Part shown: one piece after another, positions 41,121 to 54,856 of the stretch
Layout of the letters: each line of letters opens with the position of its first letter
Position numbering within the stretch: the stretch's first letter is position 1
Assembly: GCF_009914755.1 (NCBI RefSeq)
Contig: NC_060936.1
Strand: one strand, 5' to 3'
DNA from: the human T2T-CHM13v2.0 reference genome, Homo sapiens
DNA length: 64,000 bases
The notes under the pieces: model-generated
The model's input: only the letters and a program-made list of their open reading frames with translations
Told to the model about the DNA's origin: nothing
Databases searched by the model: none
Position numbers and translations under genes: made by a program

Positions 41121-41913
41121 TCTAGGTTGGTGCAAAAATAATTGTGGTTTTTGCACTGTTGAAATTTGCCATTTTGTATTGGAATACATTCTTAAATAAA
41201 TGTGGTTTTTATATATCATTTTAATGCACGTTTCTAGCTTTTTTTTGGGTAATGACTTATTATTACTTGCTGTTTATATTTCTTTTAGACTATGGAAATG
41301 ATGTTAGACAAAAAGCAAATTTGAGTGATTTTCTTACTCGAGTTCAAAATGGGTCATAAAGCAGCAGAGACAACACGCAACATCAACAACACGTTTAGCC
41401 CTGGAACTGCTAACGAACATACAGTACAGTGGTGTAATTACAATTACATCTGAGAAGTATGCTCAGCAGATCGATGAGACACATTGAAAACTGCAGCGCC
41501 TGCAGCTGGCATTGGCCAACAGAAAGGGCCCAATTCTTCTCCACGACAACGCCTGACTGCACGTCACACAACCAGCGCTTCAAAAGTTGAACTAATTGGG
41601 CTACGAAGTTTTGCCTCATCTGCCATATTCACTTGACCTCTCCCCAACCGACTACCACTTCTTCAAGCATCTCGACAACTTTTTGCAGGGAGAACGCTTC
41701 CACAACCAGCAGGATGCAGAAAGCGCTTTCCAAGAGTTCATCGAATCCCAAAGCACAGATTTTTACACTATAGGAATAAATGAACATTTCTTCTTGGCAA
41801 AAATGACTTGATTGTAATCGTTCTTATTTTGATTAATAAAGATGTATCTGAGCCTAGTTATAATGATTTAAAATTCATGGTCCAAAACCGCAATTACTTT
41901 TGCACCAGCCTGC
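41121..41913 (+). mobile_element. Hsmar1 mariner DNA transposon, internally deleted (about 0.8 of 1.3 kb)
   Basis: TIRs taggttggtgcaaaaataattgtggtttt / aaaaccgcaattacttttgcacc; transposase remnants. Confidence 0.97.
41292..41835 (+). pseudogene. Inactive Hsmar1 transposase remnant
   Basis: MEMMLDKKQI*VIFLLEFKMGHKAAETTRNINN...TVQW, deletion, then ITSEKYAQQIDE...ILLHDNA*...GYEVLPHLPYSLDLSPTDYHFFKHLDNFL; multiple stops. Confidence 0.95.
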
Positions 41914-42264
41914 AACCTGTACAACAAACCCCCATGACACAAGTCTACCTACGTAACAAACCTGCGCATGCGCCCCTGAACTTAAAATAAAAGTTAAAAA
42001 AAAAAAAAGACTAGAGAGGAGCCTATATTTCCACTGAAAGGAAGGAGAGGTTGGGGAATAGGAATAATTCTGCACAGGAACAAGAAAGCGAATGCAAGGA
42101 AATTTTCAGACCAGTCTCTTTGCCCGAGTCTTTAAAAGTTTTTGTTAGGGGTCATGAAGTTTGAAATGTGTCTTAAGGAGGGATGGATTACTTGGAATAA
42201 ATTGCCTCTATGAGACAGTGTGATATGATGTGACATGAGGGACTGTGGAGTCACGTGGGGTGGG

Positions 42265-42416
42265 GGTGGGAGGAGGATGAGGATTAAAATCTACACACGG
42301 AGTACAGTGTACACAACTAGGGAGACGGGAGCACTAAAAGCTCAGACTTCACCACTGTACAATTCATCCATGTAATCAAAATCCACATGTACCCCAAAAG
42401 CTCCTGAAATTAAAAA
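42265..42416 (+). mobile_element. L1PB4-like 3' end
   Basis: tacagtgtacac...ctcagacttcaccactgtacaattcatccatgtaatcaaaa. Confidence 0.85.
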
Positions 42417-42689
42417 GCAAATTCACAGGTGTCAACTTAGACAGCGACAGAACCTGACATTTTGTTGACAAGTTGACTGCAACGTAGAGCATCTCCTGGA
42501 GGATCTGCTTTTACGGCGTAGCGATGGCAGGGCTTCTGCTTCTGGAAGGTGGAGCAGGTGCATTCACGCCCTTCTCTGTCTTCCTCCAACAACATAAACT
42601 AAAAGCTGTAAGCATGGCAGATGCTTGATCCGCCCCTCCTCCCATGTGAGATGCTGCCTCGAGAGCTGCACAAAGACCCCTCTGTGAAG

Positions 42690-42860
42690 CCCCTTAGCGA
42701 TCCCACAAGGAAAATAGCACGACCATCCTGTTCTACAGATGGGGCAACTTGAGGCTCAGAGAGGCCAGGCGACTTGCCCAGTGTCACACACAGTCTGCCA
42801 TTGGTTGTAGAGTCAGGATGTGAACCCGAGTTTGTCTCACTCAGAGCCCGCACTCTGAGC
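42690..42860 (-). mobile_element. MIR
   Basis: tacagatggggcaacttgaggctcagagagg...acttgcccagtgtcacac. Confidence 0.8.
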
Positions 42861-42944
42861 TGCCTGCCTCTGCTTCTCGGATTCCAGCCTTGGTTTTGTG
42901 TGAGTCCCGGGCACACTGTAGGTGCTGAACTCATTGCTGAATGC

Positions 42945-43910
42945 ACACATCCAGCAGATGTTTAGTGAGCGCCTACTGTGTGCCAGGCAGTGTTCTAGGC
43001 ACTGTGGATACAGCAGGGAGCAAGACAGACAGCAACCTTGCCCCCATGATGCTGGTATTTAAGTAGCAGAAGAAAACATGCAATAAATATTGATACACAC
43101 GCACTATGCTAGACACTGGTAAGTGCTAAGGTCAGAAAATGACGCGGGGGCAGTGGGGACGGGATGCAAGGGGGTGCAATATTAAGTGGAGTGGCAGGGA
43201 AGGCCTCGCTGAGAAAGGAGTCATTGCACCTGAAACAGGGAAGGTTACGAGCAATGGGGCATCTAGGGGAGAAGGAACAGGCAACACAGAGGTCTGGAGG
43301 CCGGACCACGCCTGTAGCAACTTTGAGGAACTGCAAGGAAGCCAGCATGGCTGATGCTAAGTGCGCAAAGAGGTCAGTGGTGGGAGATGAGGACACAGAG
43401 GACAGATGCTCCAGGAGGGCCAGAGTGTGTGCGGCTTTGAGGCCACAGAAGGACTTGGTGTTTACTCTGGGGGAAGTGGGAGCCACGGCAGGCGTTTGAG
43501 CAGAGAAGCAGCCTCCTCTGACTTGGGATTTAACAGGTTCCCTCTGGCTGCCGTGTGAGGAATAGCCTCAGTGGGGTTAGGGTGGCAGCTGGGAGACCAG
43601 GGACCTGGACTACTGCACCTGTCCAGGCGAGCAATGATGGCAGCTGGAACCTGGTTGGGGTGGGGAGAGGTGGAGGTGGTGAGAAGTCCGCAGATTCTGG
43701 ATGTATTTGGAAGAGAAAAACAGCAGGATTTGCTGATGAGTCAGACACGGGCAGGAGAGAAAAAAAGCAGTCGGATGACTCTGAGGTGTTTAGTCCAGCA
43801 ACAGGGAGATGAGGTTACCATTCCCAGAGAAGCAGGCAGTGGAGGAGCAGGCCTGAGGTCGATGTTAAACATGATGGTAAGTTCGAGATGCCCGTGAGCC
43901 ATCTGCAACC
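42945..43910 (-). mobile_element. L2 (about 1 kb 3' portion)
   Basis: tgagcgcctactgtgtgccaggcagtgttctaggcact...gagaagtccgcagattctggatgtatttgg. Confidence 0.9.
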
Positions 43911-43919
43911 CAAGCAGGT

Positions 43920-44260
43920 TTTTCTCTAAGGACACAGCAGCAGAAAATATAACACACTGTCTGGCTTGAGCTTCTGAAAATCCTCACTCCTCAGGTTTGT
44001 TCTCCTCCAGGGATAAAACCAGCCAACCAGATCTTTCGCTGCCATCTCTCCTGAGCATGGCGAGCCTCCAACTGGGTTGGCTTCAATCCTCGGGGAAGCT
44101 GGCGCCATAAATCACTCGGCGATGATCCCAGGGGCCTCTGAGGACATCTCCCGGTATGAGGCTCAGACAATAGAAGGGGATTTGGATGAGCTCACCCAGC
44201 GGCAGGCACATTAGATTTGCCATAAATTATTACAAGGTTAACAGGAAATCACACAGTGAT
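43920..44260. promoter_or_regulatory. Candidate enhancer with PBX-HOX sites
   Basis: CCATAAATCA 44105-44114 and CCATAAATTA 44220-44229 in unique sequence. Confidence 0.5.
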
Positions 44261-45356
44261 CTCAGCTGAGCTGTGGAAGGAACAAGGGGAGGGTGCTGGG
44301 GGCCCTTACAGCGCCACATACTCAAAGCCATCACCCTGCTCTGCAGTCAGGGTGGTGTGTGTGTCCCAGAACAGATCATCAAACAGTCCTAGCATGAATG
44401 AGAAATGGGAAGGTTTTCTTGAGGACATCAGATGTCCTTGCTTAGCAGCTTAAAAGCTGTGTGTCCTTGAGCAAGTTACCTAACCTCTCTGGGCCTCGAT
44501 TTTCTCATCTGAAAAATGTGGATAATACTTGTTCCTAACACAGCTGGTGAGGATAGCGATTTGCTCCAATTTCCCCCAAACATTTGCTCACTTTCCTCTT
44601 CTCTTTCCCAGCACACAAAGAATCGCATGTTCTCCAGCCCTTGAATTGAGGTGCAGTCACGTGTCTTGGTGCAGTGCGTGAAACCCGGATGGAACAGATA
44701 TGTTTTAAGAGCCAGTGCGCAATTCACCATGATTCACTTCATTCACTTCCCTTCCTACAACTATTGCAGTTTGCCAAGAGTAGAGCGATCTGTGCCACCC
44801 ATGAGGGACAACACATAAACTGTGATTATTGTTTGTTAAGCTGGAATTTGGGGGGTCATTTGTTAATGCAGCAAGACCTAATCTCTCCTGACTGAGGCCA
44901 GATTAAATGAGTTAATACATCTAAAATCCTTGGAGTACTGTCTGGCACATGGCAGCCACCACAGACTGTTAGCTTTTATTATTGTTTAAACAATCATAAA
45001 GACAAAATCAGCAAACCTGGACATGGAGTAGCAGATAGACTCCAGGGAGGCCCCAGTGGCCTCTGCCTCCTGGTGTTCATGCCCTTATTAATCTCCTCCC
45101 CTTGATTGTGGACTAGACCCACATGAGGCTTTCTTCTTGCAAAGGTGATGGAATGTCACTTGCAGGACCTACAATCATAGTGTCTGTCTTGCTAGGAGGC
45201 TCTCTCCCTTGCTGGCTCTGATGAAGTGAGTGGGTATGTGGGAAGAACCACATAACAGAGAACTGGGGGTGGCCGCCAGCCAATGACCAGCTAAGAATAG
45301 AGGGGGCAGCCTCTGGCCCAAAGCCAGCAAGAATCTGAGCCCTACAGCCCCACAGC

Positions 45357-45911
45357 GAGGGTAACCAACTCATTCCAGCCTGCCTGGGCTTTTTCAGCTT
45401 TAGCACTGGAGAGTCCCACATCCCTGGAAATTCCCTCCTGGTCTATCCAGGACTATCCTAGTTTTAGGGTTGAAAGGTTGGCATCCCTGGAGCCCCTCAG
45501 TCCTGAGCAAACTGGAATGGTCGGTGTATTCGATGGCTAGGACTGCCGTGACAAGTGCCACAGACTAGGCGGCTTACCGAACAGACGTTTATTTGCTCAC
45601 AGTTCTAGAGGCTGGAAGCCCTGGATCAAGGCGTGGGCAGTGTTCTTTTCTTCTGAAGTCTCTCTCCTCGGCTTGCCGATGGCCATCTTCTCTCTGTGTC
45701 TTTACGTGGTCTTTCCTGTGTATGTCCTAATCTTATTTGATAGAATAGTCATAGCAGATTTGGGCCCACCCTAATAACTTTGTTTTAACTTAATTACTTC
45801 TTCAAAGACCTATTCCTAAATACAGTCACATTCTGAGGTACTGGGGCATAGGACTTCAACAAAGGAATTTTGGAGGGGGCACAGTTCGGCCCATAAGAAC
45901 TGGTTCCCCTA
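45357..45911. mobile_element. MER81-like hAT-Blackjack MITE split by MLT1A
   Basis: agggtaaccaac...ttagcactggagagtccc...cccctcagtcctgagcaaactgg; remnant tggttccccta. Confidence 0.7.
45525..45899 (-). mobile_element. MLT1A/A0-like LTR
   Basis: ccacagactaggcggctta...ctcacagttctagaggctggaag...aaatacagtcacattctgaggtactgggg. Confidence 0.9.
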
Positions 45912-46042
45912 ATTGACAGCAACAAGAACCTGAATTCTGCTAGCAACCATGTGAGCTTGAAGCAGATCCTCCCTGGTCAAGCCTTCAGATGAGACCCAGT
46001 CCAGCTAACACTTTAATGGCAGCCTTGCAGAGGAACCAGCTA

Positions 46043-46261
<219 letters not shown>

Positions 46262-46930
46262 CTAACTTTGTGACGTTTTGTTACATAGCAATGGGTAATG
46301 AATGCCTTGAGTCATATCTGTGCACTTGCCCAACCTTGCCCATAGCTTTCTGCTGATCCCTGGCACAGAACCTTCTGTTTCCATAGTCACATGATGGTCT
46401 TCTGGGAGAACTGGAAGGACCAATATTACTCTGTAGATTCCTCTTCTGTTTCACCCAATAACTCACTCTTCTGGGTTCTTCACTCTTCCCTCATGTGGTA
46501 TAACTTTGTTTTTGTCAAAATACTTTTATACACTTTACGAATCAATCCATTTCTTGTTGGGTTCTGACAATGTCCCCAGTACGACTGGGTCTTTAAAGTG
46601 TTGAGTTTTTATCTTCTTTCCAGCCACACAGGATAACCATTCCCTCCTAACTGCAAATAGCAAGGATGAGGGTTACAGAGGTGATGTCGTCAAGTGTATT
46701 TGACTCCAGGCTCTGAGAACCTGCAGTCATCTTCCCTAATCCAGGATGCCCAGCAGCATACTCACTGATGCATACAGATGCTCTATGAAAAAGATTCCAT
46801 GAAAAACTGCATGTTCACACCTCTGCTTGTAAATGCACAATGCACATTGATGTATTAAAGGCACTGATAAGACCTGCGGGGGGGGGGGGGCAAGGGATAC
46901 CACTTCAATCCTTTTTGAGGAACACTGTTC

Positions 46931-47233
46931 TTTTTTTTTTTTTTTTTTTTGAGATGGACTCTCACTCTGTCACCCAGGCTGGAGTGCAGTGGCGTGATCT
47001 TGGCTCACTGCAACCTCCGCCTCCCAGGTTCAAGCCAGTCTCACGCCTCAGCCTTCTGAGTAGCTGGGACTACAGGCACATGTCACCATGCCTGGCTAAT
47101 TTTTGTATTTTTAGTAGAAACGGGGTTTCATCATGTTGGCCAGGCTGGTCTCAAACTCTTGGCCTCAAGTGATCCACCTGCCTCGGCCTTCCCAAAATGC
47201 TGGGACTATAGGCATGAGCTACCACACCTGGCC
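46931..47233 (-). mobile_element. AluS-like
   Basis: Perfect TSD aggaacactgttct. Confidence 0.96.
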
Positions 47234-47274
47234 AAGGAACACTGTTCTGACCCACTCCATGACACTGGAGGGTA

Positions 47275-47400
47275 AGTAGAGTTATCCCCATTTTCCAGAT
47301 GAGGACATTGAAGCACAAGAGTTCTACTGCCTCACCCAAGGTCACCTTGCTGACAGAATCAGCCTAAGATTCAGACCCAGGCTGGAGGACACCAAAGCCT
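47275..47400 (-). mobile_element. MIR
   Basis: ttatccccattttccagatgaggacattga. Confidence 0.8.
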
Positions 47401-47733
47401 GGACCATTCGCTGTCCCACCTGACTCCTGAAAACCAAGCGAGGAATTGAATGAGTCTTTGGTGGATCTTAAGGGGCTGGTTAATGACAAGAAGTTGCAGG
47501 AACCAGGGCAGGGGCAGACATGAAGTTCAAGTTGATGCTTTTCTGCTAAAAATGCCTCCTGGGTGAAATTCCAACCTTCTCCTTTCTCTTTTAAGAATTA
47601 CCAATGCATGTATATTTTAATTTATTGTTTTCTCTAAAATTCTAGCACGGAGTGAAGGAACTGACCCCCAGGCTCCAGTGCCTGCTGGAATTAGACGCAC
47701 CGCCAAGCTTTTTCCCTGCAATCGCTGGGAGTA

Positions 47734-47852
47734 GTAATGCTCTTATTAATAATAGCACATTATTAATATAATGTTGTTATTAATATTATGTTATATATAT
47801 TATATGCTATATTATAATGTTATTAATGTAATGCTGTTATTAATACTAGCAC
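47734..47852. repeat. AT-rich low-complexity tract
   Basis: Repeated ttattaat units. Confidence 0.9.
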
Positions 47853-47998
47853 TCAGCCCTTGCACGAACATGGGTTGCGAGCTATGTAAGCGCAGCTTGG
47901 TGGCTTCTCAACTCCTCCTAATGAGAACCCTGTGAAGTAAGAACTGTTAACGCCCCATTTTGCAGATGAGGAAACTGAGGCACTGGGTGGTTAGATAA

Positions 47999-48394
<396 letters not shown>

Positions 48395-48459
48395 TGAGAG
48401 ACGATAAACATTGCCAATAGTAACCTTGTCTACCAGTCTTTGGGTAAAAACAGCAGCTG

Positions 48460-48770
48460 CTGTTTACCGAGTGCTTACCACGTTTCTGACACTGCTCTGA
48501 GGGCTTTGTTTGTCTGTAGTCGTTTGGTCCCCATGACAAACCGGTAAGTGAAGAAATTCACAATGCTCATTGATATATTAAAGGCACTGATAAGTCCTGA
48601 TAATCCGATGAGTGAAGAAATGTTATCATCCTCATTTTCTAGGCTAGGAAACTGAGGCACAGAAAGGTGAAGTAGTGTGTCCAAGGCTGCACAGCTAGGA
48701 AGTGGCTTAGCTGGGAGCTGGAACTCAAGTCCAGAGCCCGTGCTGTTCTCTTAACCCTGCACTCCGTCAC
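48460..48770 (-). mobile_element. MIR containing a short insertion
   Basis: ggaaactgaggcacagaaaggtgaagt...cacagctaggaagtggc. Confidence 0.85.
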
Positions 48771-49199
48771 CTCTCCGGGGATTACCAGGGCCCGGATGCT
48801 GGGCATTTTCTTTTTTCTTCCTCTTGTTAGCCTATTTTGCAAAGGCAAACACTGAGACTCAGTGAAGGGTGCAGGTTGTTCAGGCCCCTGTGAAAAATGA
48901 GAAGCAGACCACCTCCTCTGGGGCACCAGATGCCAGGACGGAGGTGAACAGCACTCACCTTCACTTTGCCGCATTCAGCTCAGCAGGACAGGCCCTGGTG
49001 GACCTCCACCCTCTCCAGACCCATTGCTTGGCTCGATAGTAAAATAATGCTGACCCGAAAGATCAGAAGCAGAAGACGGCTTGCTGCTATCCACATCTGC
49101 TGCTTATTCAGCATTCTTGCTGAACTTTTAAAAAATCCCTGAGAATGCCAGAACTAGACTATAGCTTGCTTAAAATGAAAGAAAAAAAAAGGAAAAACT

Positions 49200-49700
49200 G
49201 ATAATGTGAGGAATCTTTCCTGCAAGTCAGTGCAAATTAAATGGGTTTAAGCAAATAGGGAGGTTTATTGGCTGAAGCAATTTAAATTCTAGGAATAGCA
49301 TCAGCTTCAGGCATAGCTGGATCCAGGGGCTTGGCTAATGTCATCAGGCTTGGGTATCTCCTTCTCTCTCTGGCCTGCCCTCTCCTCCATGTTGGTTTTA
49401 TTAATAGACGTCACATGGTGGCAAGACGGCTACCAGGAGCTTTATGCCACATCCCCCAGGCCTGAGTCCAGCAGGAAAGAGATGTTCCTTCAGGGTACTA
49501 CATACAGCAAATGCTCCAAGATCAACCTTGATTGGCCATCTTAAACCATATGGGGACAGCAGTAAGCCAGTTGGCTCAGATCCAAATCACTGGCCTGGAG
49601 TTGGGTGCACCGTCTCTGGACCAAGAGCGGAAGGTTGGATCCCCCATGGAAATCAGGACATTTTGCCCGAAGGAGGAGGAGCAGAGGCTATGGAGACAGA
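49200..49700 (-). mobile_element. Old MaLR LTR (MLT1K/L-like)
   Basis: gcttcaggcatagctggatccagggct...ttgattggcc. Confidence 0.65.
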
Positions 49701-49759
49701 CTCAGGTGCTCACTATACCAAGAAACGAATCAGACCCTGTGTGCTGGCATCTTCTGTTT

Positions 49760-50140
49760 GTCCGAGAGATCTCTCTCTTCCTTTCTCCACTGGCCCTCTG
49801 CCCCTGAAGCTGACCCACCTTAACCACTTCCACAGCCCACTGCTCTCTGCCTCTGGTTGGACTTGGCACGGGGTAGCCCGGCAGGACATGAGTGAGGTCA
49901 AGGGCTCCCTCAGGCCACTCAAGGGCCCCTCTCCTCTCCATACAGCTCCTGCTACATTCCCTCTCCTCCTGGCTTTCTGGAACTATCCCTTCCCTCCTCC
50001 CTTCCAGCCCAGGGGTGGTGGCATCACCTCCATTTCCAGCCCAGGGTTCCTCTATTCCTGCCCACACTTTTGAAAATGGCCCCTGTATGAAGCCAAGCTG
50101 GAGTTATCCACATGTGACTGTTCCTGCTTTTCCTGAAGTC
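49760..50140. mobile_element. Old ERVL LTR (LTR33-like)
   Basis: cccttccagcccaggggtggt...cctgcccacacttttgaaaatggcccc. Confidence 0.55.
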
Positions 50141-50284
50141 TTGCACCCAGATAGATGCCCCGGAAGAAACCCAGTGCATGCTGGGTCGCCCGGATTCTCC
50201 CATGATCCCCTAGTGTCAGCCCCTCCCCCACCAGAACCCACCCCCACCCCACCCCGGCTTCCCCCAAGTCTTAAACGCCAGTGA

Positions 50285-50415
50285 GTTGAGAGGATGAAAA
50301 AGTTCTGGAAATGGATGGTGGTGATGGTTGCACAACAATGTGAGTGTGCTTCGTGCTGCCAAATTGTACATTTAAAAATGGCTAAAATGGTAAATTTTCT
50401 GTGATGTATATATTG
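50285..50415 (+). mobile_element. L1MB-like 3' fragment
   Basis: gatgaaaaagttctggaaatggatggtggtgatggttgcacaacaatgtga. Confidence 0.88.
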
Positions 50416-50755
50416 CAGTAAACCACAAGTTTTAGCCTGTTAAAAACAAAAAAAGCCAATAAGCACAAATCCTCATCCAGCCAGTGTCCCAGCTTTTCTC
50501 TCTCCCTGCTCCACCTCGGGTATAGCAATTCCTGCTCGGAGGCATTTGGAGAGGAAGCCCAGTCTACTTTCGATCAATGCGGTATTGATTCGTGTTTCAT
50601 GAACAAGGACAAAGGCTGATTGCCTTCCAGTGGATCTGAACTTCACACGCCCCCAGGCCTCAGGCACAAAAATGATGCAAACCATTTCCGCAGCCAACAG
50701 GGAGGAGGTTCAGCAACCGGCCCTGGGGCGGGCAGGGGAAAGAAAGGCGCTTGGC

Positions 50756-50774
50756 CAGCGCCACCTGGTAGGAG
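50756..50774 (-). promoter_or_regulatory. Candidate CTCF site
   Basis: Minus strand CTCCTACCAGGTGGCGCTG; one core mismatch to CCACCAGGTGGCGCTG. Confidence 0.4.
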
Positions 50775-51025
50775 CCACTCCGGGGCAGAGATGACAAGGT
50801 CCGGAGCAGACACCCAAGTTCCTCTTTCCAGCACGGGAACTGAGTCACCCTGCCTGTGTCCTCCCAGCAGCTCCGTTCTGCCCGTAGGCTGGGAGTGGCC
50901 TGGTTACAAGGCCAGATGCCCACGGTCAGCAAATTAAAGACAGTCCTTTCCACTGGGAAGAACCAAGACTCCCAGGGCACACAGTAGGCCGGGTTCTAGA
51001 TGCTGACACTAAAAAAGGGAGCTGA

Positions 51026-51326
51026 GGCCAGGCGCAGTGGCTCACACCTGTCATCCCAGAACTTTGGGAGGCCGAGGTGGGCAGATCATGAGGTCAGGAG
51101 TTCGAGACCTGCCTGGCCAACATGGTGAAACCCTGTCTCTACTAAAAATACAAAAATTAGCCGGGCATGGTGGCGGGCGCCTGTAACCCCAGCTACTCAG
51201 GGGGCTGAGGCAGGAGAATCGCTTGAGCCTGGGAGGCGGAGGTTGGTTGCAGTGAGCCTAGATCGTGCCACTGTACTCCAGCCTGGGTGACAGAATGAGA
51301 CTGTCTCAAATAAATAAATAAAAAGA
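51026..51326 (+). mobile_element. AluS-like (Sg/Sc-type gatcatgagg deletion)
   Basis: Dimer; TSD-like aagg(g/a)agctgag. Confidence 0.95.
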
Positions 51327-51374
51327 AGGAAGCTGAGCCGATCACTCCCTGTCCTCATTGAGTTGATGCTCCAG

Positions 51375-52265
<891 letters not shown>

Positions 52266-52271
52266 GTTTTA

Positions 52272-52590
<319 letters not shown>

Positions 52591-52739
52591 TAAATGGAGG
52601 AGACAATGAAACTATGTGTAAATGGCATCATTTCATGTCAGCAGAATCTCACAGTAGGTCCTCTTTCCTTGACTGGCTTCTTTCATTTAGCAAATTATTT
52701 TGAGACACGTCCATATTGGGGGTAGGTGTGCATGCATAC

Positions 52740-53100
52740 ATCCACCTGATAGTAAATGCCAAGAAAGAACACAGAAACTAAAGGCAGGTTGGGAGTGCTT
52801 TTAGCTAGAGAAGAGATTTGGATAGGCCTCTCGGAAGAGGTGATGTTTGGCAGACTTGAAGGCAGTGGAGATCTGTGCCACGTTTGGGTCTGGTGGAAGA
52901 GGGTCCCAGGCAGAGGGAACAGCCAGTGTGAAGGCCCTGAGGTAGAAGCATGCCTGGTGTACTCAGGAAGCAGAGCAGAGGCCGAGCGGGCTGGAGTGGA
53001 CAGAGGTTGGGAGAAGAGATAGGAAAGGAAACCAGAACAGTCTCAGGGCCAGACCCCACGACCTCGTGGGGCTTTGTAATAACTAGGACTTCCACTCTGA
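52740..53100 (-). mobile_element. L2 fragment
   Basis: ccaggcagagggaacagccagtgtgaaggccctgagg. Confidence 0.85.
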
Positions 53101-53154
53101 ATCCTCTGTCCCCGCCCCCAGTTCATTCCCAAAATGTCCTCTTTTCTTGCCCAG

Positions 53155-53910
53155 CTCTTCTCTCACTCAGCGTAGGTATTTTCAGAGTCATTTATTGTAT
53201 TAGTCCATTTTCACGCTGCTGATAAAGACATACCTGAGACTGGGTAATTTATAAAGAAAAAGAGGTTTAATGGACTCACAGTTCCATGAGGCTGGGGAGG
53301 CCTCACAATCATGGCAGAAGGTGAAAGGCACATCTTACATGGTGGCAGACAAGAGAGAAAGAGAACCAAGCAAAAAGGGAAACCCCTTATAAACCATCAG
53401 ATCTCATGAGACTTATTCACTACCAAAAGAATAGCATGGGGAAAACTGCCCCACAATTCAATTCTCTCCCACCGGGTCCCTCCCACAACCTGTGTAAATT
53501 ATGGGAGCTACAATTCAAGATAAGATTTGGGTGAGGACACAGCCAGACCATATTATTTATGTTGTCATGCACATCAATAGTTCATTGTAAGGATATACCA
53601 CCGTGTGCTGACCCACTCGCCTGCTCATGGGCTGTTGGTTTATTTCCAGTTTTTGGCTATGACAAGAAAGCAGCAATGAACATTTGTGTACAAGTCTCTG
53701 TGTAGACAGACGCTGTCATTTCTCTTGGGTGAATACCTGGAGTGGGATCACTGGGTCATACTGGAAGTGTATGATTAACTTAAGAAGCTGCCAAACTGTT
53801 TTCCAGTGTAGTTATGTGATTTCACATTCCCTCCAGCTGTGTGTGAGTTCCAGGCCCTCTGAATTCTCCCAGTGCTGGAGGGCATCAGTCTTTTTCATTT
53901 CAGTCATGCT
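53155..53910 (-). mobile_element. Old L1M fragment split by THE1
   Basis: ttatttccagtttttggctat...atgaacatttgtgtacaagt...ctgccaaactgttttcca. Confidence 0.85.
53196..53555 (-). mobile_element. THE1B/C solo LTR
   Basis: tgtattagtccattttcacgctgctgataaagacatacc...gatttgggtgaggacacagcc; perfect 5-bp TSD tttat. Confidence 0.96.
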
Positions 53911-53969
53911 AGCTGCTGCTGGAGTATTGCATTTTGATTTTGGACTGTGAGATCTCTAAGGTTCGGAAT

Positions 53970-54802
<833 letters not shown>

Positions 54803-54856
54803 TGAGCAATAAAGTTCTGTTGTTCATAAGCCACCAGTCTATGATATTGTATAACA

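Larger units (their letters stand above)
40832..42008 (+). mobile_element. L1PA15/16-like 3' end interrupted by Hsmar1
   Basis: aacatggatggagctggaggccattatc...gcatgttctcacttataagtgggagctaaatgatgagaac; resumes ctgtacaacaaacccccatgacac...aataaaagtt+poly-A. Confidence 0.92.

Noticed and set aside
41596-41811. Transposase ORF as an active gene or as SETMAR itself
   Set aside because: Fragment with upstream stops, a large deletion, TIRs on both sides and no SET-domain exons
46878-46890. G13 homopolymer
   Set aside because: Isolated slippage run with no other supporting feature
49444-50073. 209-aa ORF
   Set aside because: Spans old LTR fragments; no recognisable protein family
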